Below are positions 29,167-40,248 of a stretch of 64,000 nucleotides of DNA, one piece after another. The notes beneath the pieces were generated by a model. It searched no databases, was not told the DNA's origin, and was given only the letters and a program-made list of their open reading frames with translations. Position numbers and translations under genes: made by a program. The DNA is taken from NCBI GenBank assembly GCA_964514975.1, contig CAZESS010000004.1, positions 46,459 to 110,458 on the forward strand, read 5' to 3'. Every line of letters begins with the position of its first letter. Within the stretch, counting starts at the first letter, position 1. Source of the DNA: an uncultured Thermoplasmatales archaeon. Lineage in GTDB: Archaea; Thermoplasmatota; E2; UBA202; DSCA01.

Positions 29167-29604
29167 CTATGTTTTTTGCAGTGCCCTGTCCATGTCGTCC
29201 ATGAGCTGCGAGGCGCTCCGGTAGCCGACGGTGCGATGTATCTCGCTGCCGTTTTCTTTCAGGTAGACGATGGTGGGAACCGAGCGGATACCATACTGGG
29301 TGGCGAGGTCCTGCCGCTGGTCGACGTTGACCTTCACGGCGGTGAACGAATCCGCTATCTGCTGGATGACCTGCCTGTTCTTGTAGGTGGTTTCGTCCAT
29401 CTGCTGGCAGGGCCCGCACCAGTCGGCGTAAAAGTCCACCATGACAGGTGTCCCCGTGGTTTCGGCCTGTTCGAGCGCCGTGCTGTAGGAAACCCACTGA
29501 ACCGAGGTCGGCGTGCCATTGTCCCCGTTTTCTTCCAGGCAGCCGGCGGTCAGCATGGAGACGGTTATCGCTGTCAGGGCGAGCGCCAGGAACAGCCGTT
29601 TCAT
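29167..29604 (-). CDS. Thioredoxin-family lipoprotein
   Basis: Start reassigned to 29604: MKRLFLALALTAITVSMLTAGC lipobox, then DFYADWCGPC and cis-Pro motif SVPT. Confidence 0.88.
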   Translation of the reverse strand: MKRLFLALALTAITVSMLTAGCLEENGDNGTPTSVQWVSYSTALEQAETTGTPVMVDFYADWCGPCQQMDETTYKNRQVIQQIADSFTAVKVNVDQRQDLATQYGIRSVPTIVYLKENGSEIHRTVGYRSASQLMDDMDRALQKT

Positions 29605-29999
29605 GTGTATCGCTCTATCCAGGAGCGGAGCATGTTTTTGGGCATGGCGCCCATCTGCTGGTCGACGAGTTCGCCGTTTTTGAAGAGCAGCAGCGTTGGA
29701 ATGCTCATGATGCCGTATTGCTTTGCCGTCTGCTGGTTTTCGTCTGTATTGAGCTTGGCGAACACGACGTCGCCCTGCATGGCCTTGGCCAGTTCCTCGA
29801 TGACGGGGGACAGCATGCGGCAGGGGCCGCACCATGGCGCCCAGCAGTCGACGACGACGAGCGGGTGCTGTTGCACCACGTCCTGCACGTCGCCGTCGGT
29901 GACTTTGAGTGGTTTACCGGGCATCTTGTCGCCGCCTTTGATTCGCTGCATGAGTTCTTCCATCTTTTTTTTCTTGATGTTTTCTGTTTCTTCGCTCAT
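29601..29999 (-). CDS. trxA: Thioredoxin
   Basis: Start 29999; DCWAPWCGPC, IMSIPTLLLFKNG. Confidence 0.92.
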   Translation of the reverse strand: MSEETENIKKKKMEELMQRIKGGDKMPGKPLKVTDGDVQDVVQQHPLVVVDCWAPWCGPCRMLSPVIEELAKAMQGDVVFAKLNTDENQQTAKQYGIMSIPTLLLFKNGELVDQQMGAMPKNMLRSWIERYT

Positions 30000-30084
30000 G
30001 GTAGCCGCAATAGGCAGGAGATATATAACGTTTTTGCGTAATTTTTGCACAAACGTTAAGTATACCCCGGCATATACCAGACCG

Positions 30085-30462
30085 ATGACAGCCGACGGCA
30101 TACAGTGCGGCGACATGCTCTGCCTGCTTTTCGACCTCAACGAGCTCGACCTGCACATCTACCGGCAGCTCCTGAAGGGAGAACAACGAGCCGAAGACCT
30201 CGCCGCCGTCGTGGACAAAGACCGGAGCACCGTCCACCGCTCGCTCACCCGCCTCGTCGACGGAGGCCTGTGCACCCGGGAACGACGGCTCGTCAACAGC
30301 GGCGGCCGCTACTACATATATCGCGCGACACCCCCAGCAGAGGTAAAACAGCACATCCATGCATGCATCGAGCGGTGGCACCATCGCATGCACGCCTCCC
30401 TTGACCGCTTCGTCGAAGAATTCATCACCCATGACGACGCAGAAAAATTTCGACATCCTTAA
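30085..30462 (+). CDS. TrmB-like winged-HTH transcriptional regulator
   Basis: Start 30085; AEDLAAVVDKDRSTVHRSLTRLVDGGL HTH and GGRYYIY wing; divergent from thioredoxins. Confidence 0.8.
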   Translation: MTADGIQCGDMLCLLFDLNELDLHIYRQLLKGEQRAEDLAAVVDKDRSTVHRSLTRLVDGGLCTRERRLVNSGGRYYIYRATPPAEVKQHIHACIERWHHRMHASLDRFVEEFITHDDAEKFRHP

Positions 30463-30675
30463 ATGACACCGCAGCCATAACAAAGGGGCGGGAATCGAGG
30501 CGGGGTAGAGAGCAATGAAAACACCTCATGCCTCGATTCCCATCGCGTTCACAATCACGCTCAACCATACAATCCAACGTGCCATAATAAACTTTTCAGT
30601 GGAAACGGACCTCGGCCAGCACCGCCGGTATTTATAGAGTATAAACAAGCTTATAAAGTATGAGGCCATTAGCAC

Positions 30676-31248
30676 ATGAGACCCGGTGTTGCCATGCCAG
30701 ACCTTGACGACAAAGACAGAAAAATAATCGGGCTGCTACAGAGCAATCCCCACGCATCCCAGAGCGACATCGCAACCACAACCGACCTCTCCCAGCCAGC
30801 GGTCAGCCTCCGCATCAAAAAACTCATGCAACAGGGATACCTCTCCCGTTCCATCGGCATCGACCTCAAACAGCTCAACCTGCCCCTCGCAAAACTGGAA
30901 ATAGCCCTCAACGGCGAACAAAACGCCCTCGACGTCTTCTACCAGTGCCCCTACATCGTCAACGTGCTCCACATGACAGACTCCACCAGGCTCTCCCTTT
31001 TCATGGTCGGCGAAACAGCATCCACCATCCACTCGGTTACCTCCAGGCTGAAGCAACACGACGGGCTGGAGCTCATCCACCAGGACACCATCGCCGGCGC
31101 CCAAAACACGGTCATCCACCCACTCCAGCTCCCCGCAACGACAGAGAGTGCATGCCCGCACTGCGCCTGCACCACCTGCAGCCACCACAAGGAAAACCGA
31201 TGCATGGGATGCCCGCTCACCTCCCAGTACCGCGGAGAGCTCTGGTAA
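30676..31248 (+). CDS. Lrp/AsnC-family regulator with C-terminal Cys cluster
   Basis: LDDKDRKIIGLLQ...SQPAVSLRIKKL HTH; C-terminal CPHCACTTC...CMGCP. Confidence 0.82.
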   Translation: MRPGVAMPDLDDKDRKIIGLLQSNPHASQSDIATTTDLSQPAVSLRIKKLMQQGYLSRSIGIDLKQLNLPLAKLEIALNGEQNALDVFYQCPYIVNVLHMTDSTRLSLFMVGETASTIHSVTSRLKQHDGLELIHQDTIAGAQNTVIHPLQLPATTESACPHCACTTCSHHKENRCMGCPLTSQYRGELW

Positions 31249-31250
31249 CC

Positions 31251-31703
31251 TCACCCGAAACGTTCGATGAAGCCACACATGTTGTCCCAGTGGGTACCCT
31301 TCCAGTACACGCGGCCGCACGACGGGCACCGCCAGAACCGCTCATGCATCTCATACGCATGCTCCGGGACATCACCGCACACCTCTGCTTTGTCCACCGC
31401 GACGACGGGCACGTTGCAGACGGTGCACCTGTTCAACATGGCATCAACGGAAACCTCGACATCGCAGGCGTCAAACACGCACCGCAGCTGCCGCTCGAGC
31501 GAGGTGCTCTCAATCAAAACCGCCCCATCGGCCCTGTAAGCCAGCTCCTTATCACGGGTGAGCAGCACCCGCTCCTCGTCGGCTGCACGCTCCAGCAGCC
31601 GGTCATCATCACCCTCGCCCTCACGTGCATAGGCCGCATCATGGCCAAGGATGCGCAGCCATTTCGCCAGCGAGCCCAGCATCTGGTCACACAAAAACCG
31701 CAT
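31251..31703 (-). CDS. Mut7-C (PIN-like) RNase domain protein
   Basis: FLCDQMLGSLAKWLRILG, LLTRD, RCTVCN...CPSCGRVYWKGTH. Confidence 0.9.
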   Translation of the reverse strand: MRFLCDQMLGSLAKWLRILGHDAAYAREGEGDDDRLLERAADEERVLLTRDKELAYRADGAVLIESTSLERQLRCVFDACDVEVSVDAMLNRCTVCNVPVVAVDKAEVCGDVPEHAYEMHERFWRCPSCGRVYWKGTHWDNMCGFIERFG

Positions 31704-31706
31704 ACG

Positions 31707-32129
31707 CTACAAAACCTTCAGCCGGACGACGTTATGATGACGCCGGGCTATCTCACGGAGAATGTTAATGTTCCGGCCGTTCGCCCCGATCGCCTTTCCC
31801 TTATCCTCAGGAGAAATCGTCACGTCGACACGGACTCCGTTCTCCTGCTCCGAAACATCGATCTCCTCCACCTCGAACGGCTTAAAAAGGTTCCTGACAA
31901 AACGCTCCACGTTCTCGTCGTTCTCCACGAACTTGATTTCCTTGTTCAGCATCTTCTCAAGACGCTTCAGATTCTTCGCGTTCTTGCCGATGGCCTTGCC
32001 CAGCTTGCCGTGCTCAACGATAAAGGTCACCCGGTCGTCCATCTCGATGCAGTCTTTCACCGGCGCGTTCGTCACGTTCTCGGCGAGCGCGATGTACTGC
32101 ATCTCCTCGTTCGACAGCCGGATTTCCAT
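31707..32129 (-). CDS. nusA: Archaeal NusA (two KH domains)
   Basis: GKAIGKNAKN and KGKAIGANGRNI KH motifs; position after rpl30e. Confidence 0.92.
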   Translation of the reverse strand: MEIRLSNEEMQYIALAENVTNAPVKDCIEMDDRVTFIVEHGKLGKAIGKNAKNLKRLEKMLNKEIKFVENDENVERFVRNLFKPFEVEEIDVSEQENGVRVDVTISPEDKGKAIGANGRNINILREIARRHHNVVRLKVL

Positions 32130-32408
32130 CTATCTACTCAGCTCCATTATATTAGAGGTGCCCTCGTCCACCACGCTGATCACCGACACGCTAAACGGCT
32201 TCCGGCACAGCATGCCGAGCTGCATGGCGCTGCCCTGATACACGAACAGCGGGGTGTCCTCTGCCGCCTCGAGCACCGCCTGCTTCTCCGGGCAGTTGCT
32301 CGCCATGATGAAAAGCTTCGCCTCGTCGTTGTGCTTCAGCGCCTCCCTGGCGCCCATGTACACCTGTCCCGTGGTAAGGAGCCTGTTCAGTTCTTTTTGC
32401 ATATCCAT
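32130..32408 (-). CDS. rpl30e: 50S ribosomal protein L30e
   Basis: TGQVYMG, ASNCP, LGMLCRKPFSVS, DEGTSNI; rpo operon context. Confidence 0.93.
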   Translation of the reverse strand: MDMQKELNRLLTTGQVYMGAREALKHNDEAKLFIMASNCPEKQAVLEAAEDTPLFVYQGSAMQLGMLCRKPFSVSVISVVDEGTSNIMELSR

Positions 32409-32410
32409 CT

Positions 32411-34234
32411 TTATTCACCTTTCCTGACTTTTCCTACGTCAACAGAGAGCTCAACGGAGCCCGTGCCCAGTTTGATGGGCTGTCCGACAATGATGTTTTC
32501 CGCCACGCCGCGCAGCTCGTCCACCTCGCCCTCCTTGGCCGCACGCAACAAATGGTTGACCGTGATCTCGAAGGCTGCCCTAGCGATAACGGAGCTTTTC
32601 TCCCCGCTGACACCCTGCCGGCCAATCGGGCGGACAGTGCCATCGGAGGTCATGGTATCCGCGACGAGCATGATATGGCGGATGTCAACGTTCAAACCCT
32701 GCTCCTGTAGGGTGTTGTGCGCCTCCTTGATGATGGCGTTGCGGGCGGCCTCGACACCCAGCACGTTGTAGATGGCGTAGATGTCATTGGTCGTCGTCCG
32801 CGTCTTATCGACGCCCTCGATGGTGAGAATCTTCTTGAAGTTGCTGCCCTCGGTGTAGATGACATATTCGCCCTTCTCCTTCCTGATGACCGCGCGCTTG
32901 ATGCCCTTGATGCCCTTGATCTTGAGGTCTTTGACCTCCTCGTTGATGCGCAATAGCTCCCGGTAGGTCGGCTCGGTGGGGCGCACCTCGAACACGTCGC
33001 CGTTTTCCTCCACCTCGACGCGCCTGATGGTCTTCAAACGCTTCATGATGTCCTTGACCGTGATATCCTTCCGGTCGATGGCCTTCCCATGCGGCGCGAT
33101 GATGATCATCATGTTGCCCAGGTCGGTGGTGACCTCGGCGATGTTGATGAGACGGGTGATCTCAATCTTGTTCGCAATCTTGGTGGCCATCTCCCGCGTT
33201 ACCTTGTACTCTCCCTCCAGGTAGACGGTCATCATCGGCGTCGACGGCTGCTTCCGCGCGTCCACGATCTCGATGAGGCGGGGCAGACCGAGCGTCACGT
33301 TTATCTCGGCAACACCGGCATAATGGAACGTCCGCATCGTCATCTGGGTGCCGGGCTCGCCTATCGACTGCGCGCCGACGATACCGCAGGCCTCCAGCGG
33401 ATCCATCAGCGACCTGTTGTATTCCTCTATCACACGCTCGACGAGCGCCTTCATGTCTTTTTTGGACAGGTTGCGGCTGATGGCCTCCTCGATGATGTCG
33501 TCCTCGATGGCGGGCGGCAAAAACTCGTCATGGTCGTCGACGATGCCACGGATCTGCTGGCGGAGCGCCGCATGCTGCTCGGGCTCCTCATAGGACGGCT
33601 CGGGGATGTAATCGACCCGCTGCAGTATCTCACGGGCGTCAACATGACCGATGGCCTCCTTGATGTTCGCGGCGGCGTTGCCCACGACTTCCTCCAGCTC
33701 GTATTCGGGTGCCACCCTGAGGTCGAGCTCGTTGTGGTAGCCGGCCTCCCAGAGCGCCTCCGCCTTCGCCGGGCCGATGCCCTTTATCTCGGAGAACAGC
33801 TCAAGAGCCTCCTCCCGGGGAGGGGTGAGATGTTGCTTGATGGTGCTGGCATATTTTTTGCCGATACCCCTGACCTCGGCGATGGTCTCAATGGGCTGCA
33901 GCTGCAGCTCGTCCATGCTCCGGAACCCGGACTCGTAGAGCGCCTCGCCCTTCGCCGGGCCGATGCCCTTGACCTCAGAAAACTGGTCGATGATGCGCTG
34001 CTTCTCCGAAACCGCTTCCTCCTTTTCCTCCTCGGCGGACTTTTTCGCCTGTTTTTTCCGGCCGACCGCATCGAGGATGTCCTGCGCCTCCTCCTCGTCG
34101 AAGCCCATGTCGACGAGGTCGTTAACGTCGGTCTGTTTCAGCGCTGACAGGGTAAACTCCTCGGCGAGCTTCGACGATGTCTCCTCGTCCAGGCCGCGGC
34201 GCTGCAGCGCCATCATGGTGTCCTTCTTCGCCAT
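32411..34234 (-). CDS. rpoA2: RNA polymerase subunit A'' (Rpo1C) with N-terminal HhH-repeat extension
   Basis: [22 protein letters not shown] trigger loop, [16 protein letters not shown]; ~215 extra N-terminal residues with GIGPAK motifs. Confidence 0.95.
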   Translation of the reverse strand: MAKKDTMMALQRRGLDEETSSKLAEEFTLSALKQTDVNDLVDMGFDEEEAQDILDAVGRKKQAKKSAEEEKEEAVSEKQRIIDQFSEVKGIGPAKGEALYESGFRSMDELQLQPIETIAEVRGIGKKYASTIKQHLTPPREEALELFSEIKGIGPAKAEALWEAGYHNELDLRVAPEYELEEVVGNAAANIKEAIGHVDAREILQRVDYIPEPSYEEPEQHAALRQQIRGIVDDHDEFLPPAIEDDIIEEAISRNLSKKDMKALVERVIEEYNRSLMDPLEACGIVGAQSIGEPGTQMTMRTFHYAGVAEINVTLGLPRLIEIVDARKQPSTPMMTVYLEGEYKVTREMATKIANKIEITRLINIAEVTTDLGNMMIIIAPHGKAIDRKDITVKDIMKRLKTIRRVEVEENGDVFEVRPTEPTYRELLRINEEVKDLKIKGIKGIKRAVIRKEKGEYVIYTEGSNFKKILTIEGVDKTRTTTNDIYAIYNVLGVEAARNAIIKEAHNTLQEQGLNVDIRHIMLVADTMTSDGTVRPIGRQGVSGEKSSVIARAAFEITVNHLLRAAKEGEVDELRGVAENIIVGQPIKLGTGSVELSVDVGKVRKGE

Positions 34235-36877
34235 CTAGACCACCTCCTGCGCAACGCTTTCAACGTTCACGGCCTTGCCCCGCACGCTTTTGGTCGGGTC
34301 GACGCCGTCCTCGCCGTACTGGAACTGGACGATGTCGCCATAGGTGGTGCGGACGGTACCGTCGTCCTCCATCTTGAGGTTTTCGAGCGCGTTGATGAGA
34401 CGGCGCTGCATGTAGCCCGAGCGGGACGTTCGCACCGCGGTATCGACGAGACCCTCGCGGCCGCCCATTGAATGGAAAAAGTATTCGGTTGGATTGAGCC
34501 CTTTTTTGTAGTTGCTGGACACGAATCCCTTCGCGTCGGCGCCCAGGTCGCCTTTTTCGAAATGCGGGAGCGTCCGTTCCTTGTAGCCACGGTGGATGCG
34601 CTCGCCACGGACAGCCTGCTGGCCGACGCAGCCTGCCATCTGGGACAGGTTGAGCATCGAGCCCCGGGCGCCGGAGCGGGCCATGATAACCGCGGCGTTG
34701 CCCAGACCAAGATGGTGGCTGGCGATTTCGCCCATCTGGTCCCTGGCCTTGCCGGTCACGCGCATGATCTCCATCTCCAGCGTCTCCTCGAGGCTGCGAC
34801 CGGGTATCTCCTCGAGCTCGCCCTGCTTGTATGCCCGTATCAGGCTGTCTATCTTGTTCTTGGCCTTGGCCAGCCGCTCGTCTATCTGCATGTTGGCCTC
34901 GCCGGGCATATCCTCGTCGTCGATGCCCGTGGTGAAGCCGATGTGGTTGATGGCGGATATGCCAAGCTTGGTGACCCTGTCGATGAACTTGCGGGCCTCC
35001 GTCAATCCTTTCTGCCGGGCGATGTGGTTGAGGATGACACCCTTGAACGCGCCGACGCTTTTCTCGTCGATGACGCCGGTCTCGAGCTGGCCGTCACGGA
35101 TGGTCACATATGCGTCGTATTCGCAGTTCTCCTTTTTGCATTCGTCGCAGTTGATGCAGGACTGTGCCTGGTATGCAAGATTGAGGTCGTCGGGCAGGAT
35201 GACGCTGAATATCTCCTTGCCCGTCATGTCCTCAGTCACGTCCTCGGTGTGGCCTGCAGCGGACAGCATACGGACCGCGGCCGACTTGTCAAACATCCGG
35301 TCCTTGTAGGTCAACAGGAAACAGCCGCTGATATGGTCATGGATGGCACCGATGATAACGCCGCCGAAACGCGGCGACAGAATGTTCTCCTGCACCTTCA
35401 TCAGAACCTCGGCCTCGCCCTTCGCCTCCTCCGACTGCAGGACATGGAGGTTCATTTCGTCGCCGTCAAAATCGGCGTTGTAGGGCGGGCAGACCGCCAG
35501 GTTGAGCCGGAACGTCTTGTACGGCAGCACCCGCACCGTGTGTGCCATCATGGACATGCGGTGCAGCGACGGCTGCCGGTTGAACAGCACAATGTCGCCG
35601 TCCTCGAGCTGCTTCTCGACGACGTAGCCGACCTCTATGCGCTCCGCCACGTTCTCGGCGTTTTCCTCCGTGACCTTTATCCGTCGGCCATCGCCCCGGA
35701 TAACGTAGTTGACGCCGGGCAGATACACCATGCCCTTCGGTGCATCCGGGCTGGGGCCGCGCTCCACGAGCTCCCGTATCCCGTCAATGTTGTGCGGATG
35801 CACGCGAACGCGGACGGTGAGCTCCCGGGCCATCCTGATGGGCACGCCGACCTCGTTGATGCTGATGTTGGGATCCGGTGATATAACCGTTCGGGCCGAG
35901 AAATCGACGCGTTTGCCGGACAGGTTGGACCGGAAGCGTCCCTCCTTGCCCTTGAGGCGCTGCGCCAACGTCTTGAGCGACCGGCCGCTGCGATGCCGCG
36001 CGGGCGGAATCCCTGCCGTTTGATTGTCAAAATAGGTGGTAATGTGGTACTGGATGAGCTCCCAGAGGTCCTCGACGATGAGCTGCGGGGCACCGGCATC
36101 CCGGTTTTCCTGCAGCCGCTGGTTGATCCTTATGGTATCGACGAGCTTGTGGGTCAGGTCGTCCTCGCTGCGCTCGCCGGTCTCCAGCGTAATCGATGGC
36201 CGGGTGGTCACGGGCGGAACGGGCAGCACGGTGAGCACCATCCATTCCGGGCGGGCCACATCGGGGTTGATGCCGAACAGGTAGAGATCCTTGCCCTCGG
36301 CGTCGCTCACCTTTTCCAACCATTCGCGGACCTCGGACGGCGTCAGCTTGTGCCCCTCCTCCCGGAACGTCGTCGGCTTATCGAGCTCGATGGGCAGGTT
36401 TTCACGACCGCAGTAGGGGCATTCCTTCGCCTTCCGGGCCAGCGCGATGACCTCCTTGGTGAAACGGTGGATGTCCTGTTTTCCCTCCAGGATCTCCTTG
36501 TAGCGTTTTTTGAGCTCCCGTTTTTGCCGCTCGTCGACCTGCAGATGGCCGCAGCTCCGGCAGGTCGCACGCAAAATGCCGAGGATGGTCTTGACGTAGC
36601 CGACATGGATGACCGGCATCGCGAGCTCTATGTGACCAAAATGGCCGGGGCATCCATCCTTGCCGACGCGCTGCTGGCAGGTCTTGCAGCGCAACCCTGG
36701 CTCGATGACGCCAAGCCGGGGGTCCATAAGCCCCATCTCTATGGGGAACCCATCCTCATCGTAGGTGTCCGGCGTGATGATGCGCGTGGCGGACATCTTC
36801 CGTATATTTTCCGGGGAAAGCAGTCCAAACTGAATCGTATCTATCTTTTTTGGGGCATTCGTCCTCATTTTTGTCAC
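34235..36877 (-). CDS. rpoA1: RNA polymerase subunit A' (Rpo1N)
   Basis: YNADFDGDEMN catalytic motif, CKTC...CPGHFGH, GGREGLVDTAVRT. Confidence 0.97.
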   Translation of the reverse strand: MTKMRTNAPKKIDTIQFGLLSPENIRKMSATRIITPDTYDEDGFPIEMGLMDPRLGVIEPGLRCKTCQQRVGKDGCPGHFGHIELAMPVIHVGYVKTILGILRATCRSCGHLQVDERQKRELKKRYKEILEGKQDIHRFTKEVIALARKAKECPYCGRENLPIELDKPTTFREEGHKLTPSEVREWLEKVSDAEGKDLYLFGINPDVARPEWMVLTVLPVPPVTTRPSITLETGERSEDDLTHKLVDTIRINQRLQENRDAGAPQLIVEDLWELIQYHITTYFDNQTAGIPPARHRSGRSLKTLAQRLKGKEGRFRSNLSGKRVDFSARTVISPDPNISINEVGVPIRMARELTVRVRVHPHNIDGIRELVERGPSPDAPKGMVYLPGVNYVIRGDGRRIKVTEENAENVAERIEVGYVVEKQLEDGDIVLFNRQPSLHRMSMMAHTVRVLPYKTFRLNLAVCPPYNADFDGDEMNLHVLQSEEAKGEAEVLMKVQENILSPRFGGVIIGAIHDHISGCFLLTYKDRMFDKSAAVRMLSAAGHTEDVTEDMTGKEIFSVILPDDLNLAYQAQSCINCDECKKENCEYDAYVTIRDGQLETGVIDEKSVGAFKGVILNHIARQKGLTEARKFIDRVTKLGISAINHIGFTTGIDDEDMPGEANMQIDERLAKAKNKIDSLIRAYKQGELEEIPGRSLEETLEMEIMRVTGKARDQMGEIASHHLGLGNAAVIMARSGARGSMLNLSQMAGCVGQQAVRGERIHRGYKERTLPHFEKGDLGADAKGFVSSNYKKGLNPTEYFFHSMGGREGLVDTAVRTSRSGYMQRRLINALENLKMEDDGTVRTTYGDIVQFQYGEDGVDPTKSVRGKAVNVESVAQEVV

Positions 36878-36878
36878 C

Positions 36879-39800
36879 TCACACTATCCCCGTCAGCCGG
36901 AGCTTCGGCTCAATCGCCAGCGATTTCAGCTCCTCGAGCAGCAGCTTGAACGCATAGCTCATCTCAACGGGATGAATGGATGCATCGTCGCCGCAGATGG
37001 GGCATTTCAGGAATCCCTTCCGCGTTTTGACGGCGATGTGGCCGCAGTTCTCGCAGACATACTGCACCGTCAGGTCGGATTCCTCGAGCAGGCGGTCCTT
37101 GATAGTCATCGAGGCGCCATGGCCGACGAGGCAGTCACGCTCCATCTCGCCGAAGCGGAGGCCGCCATCCCTCGCCCGGCCCTCGGTCGGCTGCCGGGTG
37201 AGAATCTGCACCGGCCCCCTCGAGCGAGCGTGCATCTTGCCTGACACCATATGATGCAATTTTTGATAGTAAATGCAGCCGACGAAAATATCGGCGGATA
37301 TCATCTCGCCGGTTTCGCCGTCATACATGATCTCCTTGCCGCTGTGCTTGAACCCGTTGTCGACGAGCGCCTGCCGCAGTTGCTTTTCCGTTTCGCCGGA
37401 AAACGCGGTGCCGTCGACCGTGCGGCCCTCCAGGGCGCCGACCTTGCCGCCTATCATCTCCAAAACGTGGCCGACGGTCATCCGGCTCGGAATCGCATGG
37501 GGATTGATAACCAGGTCCGGTGTCACGCCTTCAGCCGTGAAGGGCATGTCCTCCTGCGGCAAAATCAGGCCGAGGACACCTTTCTGTCCATGCTTGGACG
37601 CGAACTTGTCGCCCAGTTCGGGCGTCCGCTGGTCGCGCACCTTGAGCTTCACCAGCCGCGAGCCGTTCACCGACTCCGACAAAACGACGGTGTCGACGAC
37701 ACCTGTTTCCCCGTGGCGTACCGTAACGCTGGTCTCCCTGCGCTTCTGCGGAATCAGGATGTCCGTTGGCTCCTCCAGAAACCGGGGCGGCGACGTCTTG
37801 CCCACAAGGACATCATCGCTTCCCACCCGGCTCTCTGGGGAAATGATGCCGTCCTCCGACAGGTTGGCATATGCCTCCTCGGAGCGCACGCCACGACACT
37901 CGGGATCGGGTATCTCAAAATGGTCCTCCTGGCCGCCAGGATAGCGCTGCTCCTCCGCAGAATAGGCACGGAAAAACGTGCTCCGGCCGAGACCGCGCTG
38001 GATGGACGCCTTGTTCATAATGAGCGCGTCCTCCATGTTGTATCCCTTGTAGGAGAGAATGGCGACGACGAAGTTCATCCCCGCCGGCCGCTCCGAAAAG
38101 TTGATGTACTGCGATGAATGCGTCTCCACCATGGGCCGCTCCGGGTAATGGAGCAGATGGCCGCGGGTGTCCGGCCGCTTCCGGTAGTTGGCGCTGCCGA
38201 AGCCCAGCGACTGCTTGCCCATGCTTGCACCCATCGTGATACGGGGCGACGAGTTGTGCTCGGCATAGGGAACCAGCGAGGCGCCGATGCCAAGGATGCA
38301 CATCGGGTCGAGCTCCATGTGGGAGTGCTCCTCGGCGAGATTAGCCTCGTTGAGCGCGATGTAGGCGTTTTCTTCCTCCTCGGTGTCGACGTATTCCACG
38401 ACGCCGAGGTCGATGAGGTCCACCCAGCTGAGCTCGCCGTTTTCAAGCTGCTCACGCTGCTCGCCGTTCATGGCCAGTTCGCCGTTGTCAGCAACGAACA
38501 ACGGGCGGCGCACCCGGCCGGGGTCACAGTTGATAAAGACGTCGTTGCTGTCGGGGTAATATGCCACGTTGATTTCGATGTCGAGTTGGCCGTTGCGGCG
38601 CTTCGCCCGGACCTTGTCCGCCAGTTCCTGACCGTCGGGGTACATGCCGACGAGCTCGCCGTTGAGATACACCCGGGCATGCCGGGATTCCTTACGTACC
38701 TCCTGGAGACCCATCTCGAGGAGCTCCTCCTTGACCCCCTGCTCAGGATAGCCCTCGGAGACCTCGACGGTCATCGCCAGGTTTTTCACCAACCCACAGT
38801 TGGGGCCCTCGGGCGTCTCGTTGGGACAGAGTCGGCCCCAGTGCGTGGAATGCAGGTCGCGCGCCTCGAAATGCGGCTGCGTCCTGGTCAGCGGAGACGT
38901 GATGCGCCGGAGATGGCTGATGGTCGCCAGGTTGGACGTCCGGTCGAGCAGCTGCGACACGCCCGTGCGGCCGCCGACCCAGTTGCCCGTCGCCAGCGCA
39001 TGATGGATGCGCTGGGTGAACACGTCGGTGCGGACGCAGGGCTTGATGCTCAGGTCGTCCAGGCTCTTGCCGCGGGCGTGCAATCGCTCGAGCTGGTATT
39101 TCATGTCCTTGCAGAGCGCGATGAACGCAACGCGGAACAGGTCTTCCATTAGATCGCCGGCGAGCTTCAGGCGCTTGTTGGCATAGTGGTCCTTGTCGTC
39201 CTCCTCGCGGTGGTCGAGCGCCAGCTCCAGGACGGCCTGTCCCATCCTGGCCAAAAACACGGCTTTTTTGATGCGGTCCTCGGGCTGGTTGCCGAGATGC
39301 GGCAGCAGGTTGCGGTCCATCAATGAGAGAGCGCGCTCCCGGCGGTATTCCTTCGCCTGGCCGCCGGCGACCTTCCGGCCGAAGTACTCCAAAGCCTCCT
39401 CCTGTTCGGTGACCTCGTATTCATCCTGCGACTCTTCGATGTTGGAGAGCACGAAGACCTCCGTCTCGGGGTAGGAGACGATGTTGTCCATGATGTCCTG
39501 GGATTCCATACCCAGCGCGCGCAGCAAAATGATGAGCGGGACCTGGCCTGCCACGGTGGGCAGCGTGGTCATGAGCATCCCGTCTTTTTTCTTTTCGACG
39601 ACGATGATGGATCGGTAGCCCTCCTTCTGGGAGAACACCTTTGCCGTCTCGACGGTGTAGCCGTAGCGGGTGTTCTTTTCGATGAGCACCCTATTTGGAG
39701 CAAGGTCTTCCAGGGTGATGAGCACGCGCTCGGTGCCGTTGCTGATAAAATGGGCGCCCGGGTCGAGCGGGTCCTCGCGTGCCTCCCGCAGCTTGTCGTG

Positions 39801-40247
39801 GTATTCTTCGTCGGAGAGCTCACGTTCGGCGTCCTCTTCGAGCATCTCACGGGATATGTTGCACCGCTGGGACTTGGTCATGATGGGCAGCGAGCCGATG
39901 CGGACCTCCTCGGGCTCGTAGGGCACGCCGTGTATCTCGGGGATGAACTCCACGAAGACCGGCGCCTCGTAGGTCAGGTCGCGGAGGCGGGCCTCCATCG
40001 GGGTGACATGGTGCTCGTCGCCCGTTGCCTCCTTGACGACGGGGCGGCCGACGCGGACCTTGCCGACCTTGATGCGGTAGCCCTCGATCTCTGTGTGGAT
40101 GTATCCCCGCTCGAGGTTTTCTCCCTCGCCGATGCGGGTGCTGTCCATGATCTCCTGCATCCGGCGATTCAGGAAATCATTGTAGGATGCGATGTGATGA
40201 TTCGCTATGGTGCGCTCTCCATAAAAGGCGTCGACGACCTCCCTCAT
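36879..40247 (-). CDS. rpoB: RNA polymerase subunit B (Rpo2, unsplit)
   Basis: [34 protein letters not shown]-terminal Zn ribbon; single 1122-aa ORF. Confidence 0.97.
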   Translation of the reverse strand: MREVVDAFYGERTIANHHIASYNDFLNRRMQEIMDSTRIGEGENLERGYIHTEIEGYRIKVGKVRVGRPVVKEATGDEHHVTPMEARLRDLTYEAPVFVEFIPEIHGVPYEPEEVRIGSLPIMTKSQRCNISREMLEEDAERELSDEEYHDKLREAREDPLDPGAHFISNGTERVLITLEDLAPNRVLIEKNTRYGYTVETAKVFSQKEGYRSIIVVEKKKDGMLMTTLPTVAGQVPLIILLRALGMESQDIMDNIVSYPETEVFVLSNIEESQDEYEVTEQEEALEYFGRKVAGGQAKEYRRERALSLMDRNLLPHLGNQPEDRIKKAVFLARMGQAVLELALDHREEDDKDHYANKRLKLAGDLMEDLFRVAFIALCKDMKYQLERLHARGKSLDDLSIKPCVRTDVFTQRIHHALATGNWVGGRTGVSQLLDRTSNLATISHLRRITSPLTRTQPHFEARDLHSTHWGRLCPNETPEGPNCGLVKNLAMTVEVSEGYPEQGVKEELLEMGLQEVRKESRHARVYLNGELVGMYPDGQELADKVRAKRRNGQLDIEINVAYYPDSNDVFINCDPGRVRRPLFVADNGELAMNGEQREQLENGELSWVDLIDLGVVEYVDTEEEENAYIALNEANLAEEHSHMELDPMCILGIGASLVPYAEHNSSPRITMGASMGKQSLGFGSANYRKRPDTRGHLLHYPERPMVETHSSQYINFSERPAGMNFVVAILSYKGYNMEDALIMNKASIQRGLGRSTFFRAYSAEEQRYPGGQEDHFEIPDPECRGVRSEEAYANLSEDGIISPESRVGSDDVLVGKTSPPRFLEEPTDILIPQKRRETSVTVRHGETGVVDTVVLSESVNGSRLVKLKVRDQRTPELGDKFASKHGQKGVLGLILPQEDMPFTAEGVTPDLVINPHAIPSRMTVGHVLEMIGGKVGALEGRTVDGTAFSGETEKQLRQALVDNGFKHSGKEIMYDGETGEMISADIFVGCIYYQKLHHMVSGKMHARSRGPVQILTRQPTEGRARDGGLRFGEMERDCLVGHGASMTIKDRLLEESDLTVQYVCENCGHIAVKTRKGFLKCPICGDDASIHPVEMSYAFKLLLEELKSLAIEPKLRLTGIV

Positions 40248-40248
40248 T

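Noticed and set aside
32411-40247. Intein as the cause of the long RpoA''
   Set aside because: Extra sequence is N-terminal with HhH motifs; no C/S...HN-C/S/T splice junctions or LAGLIDADG motifs in the rpo genes or lonB.
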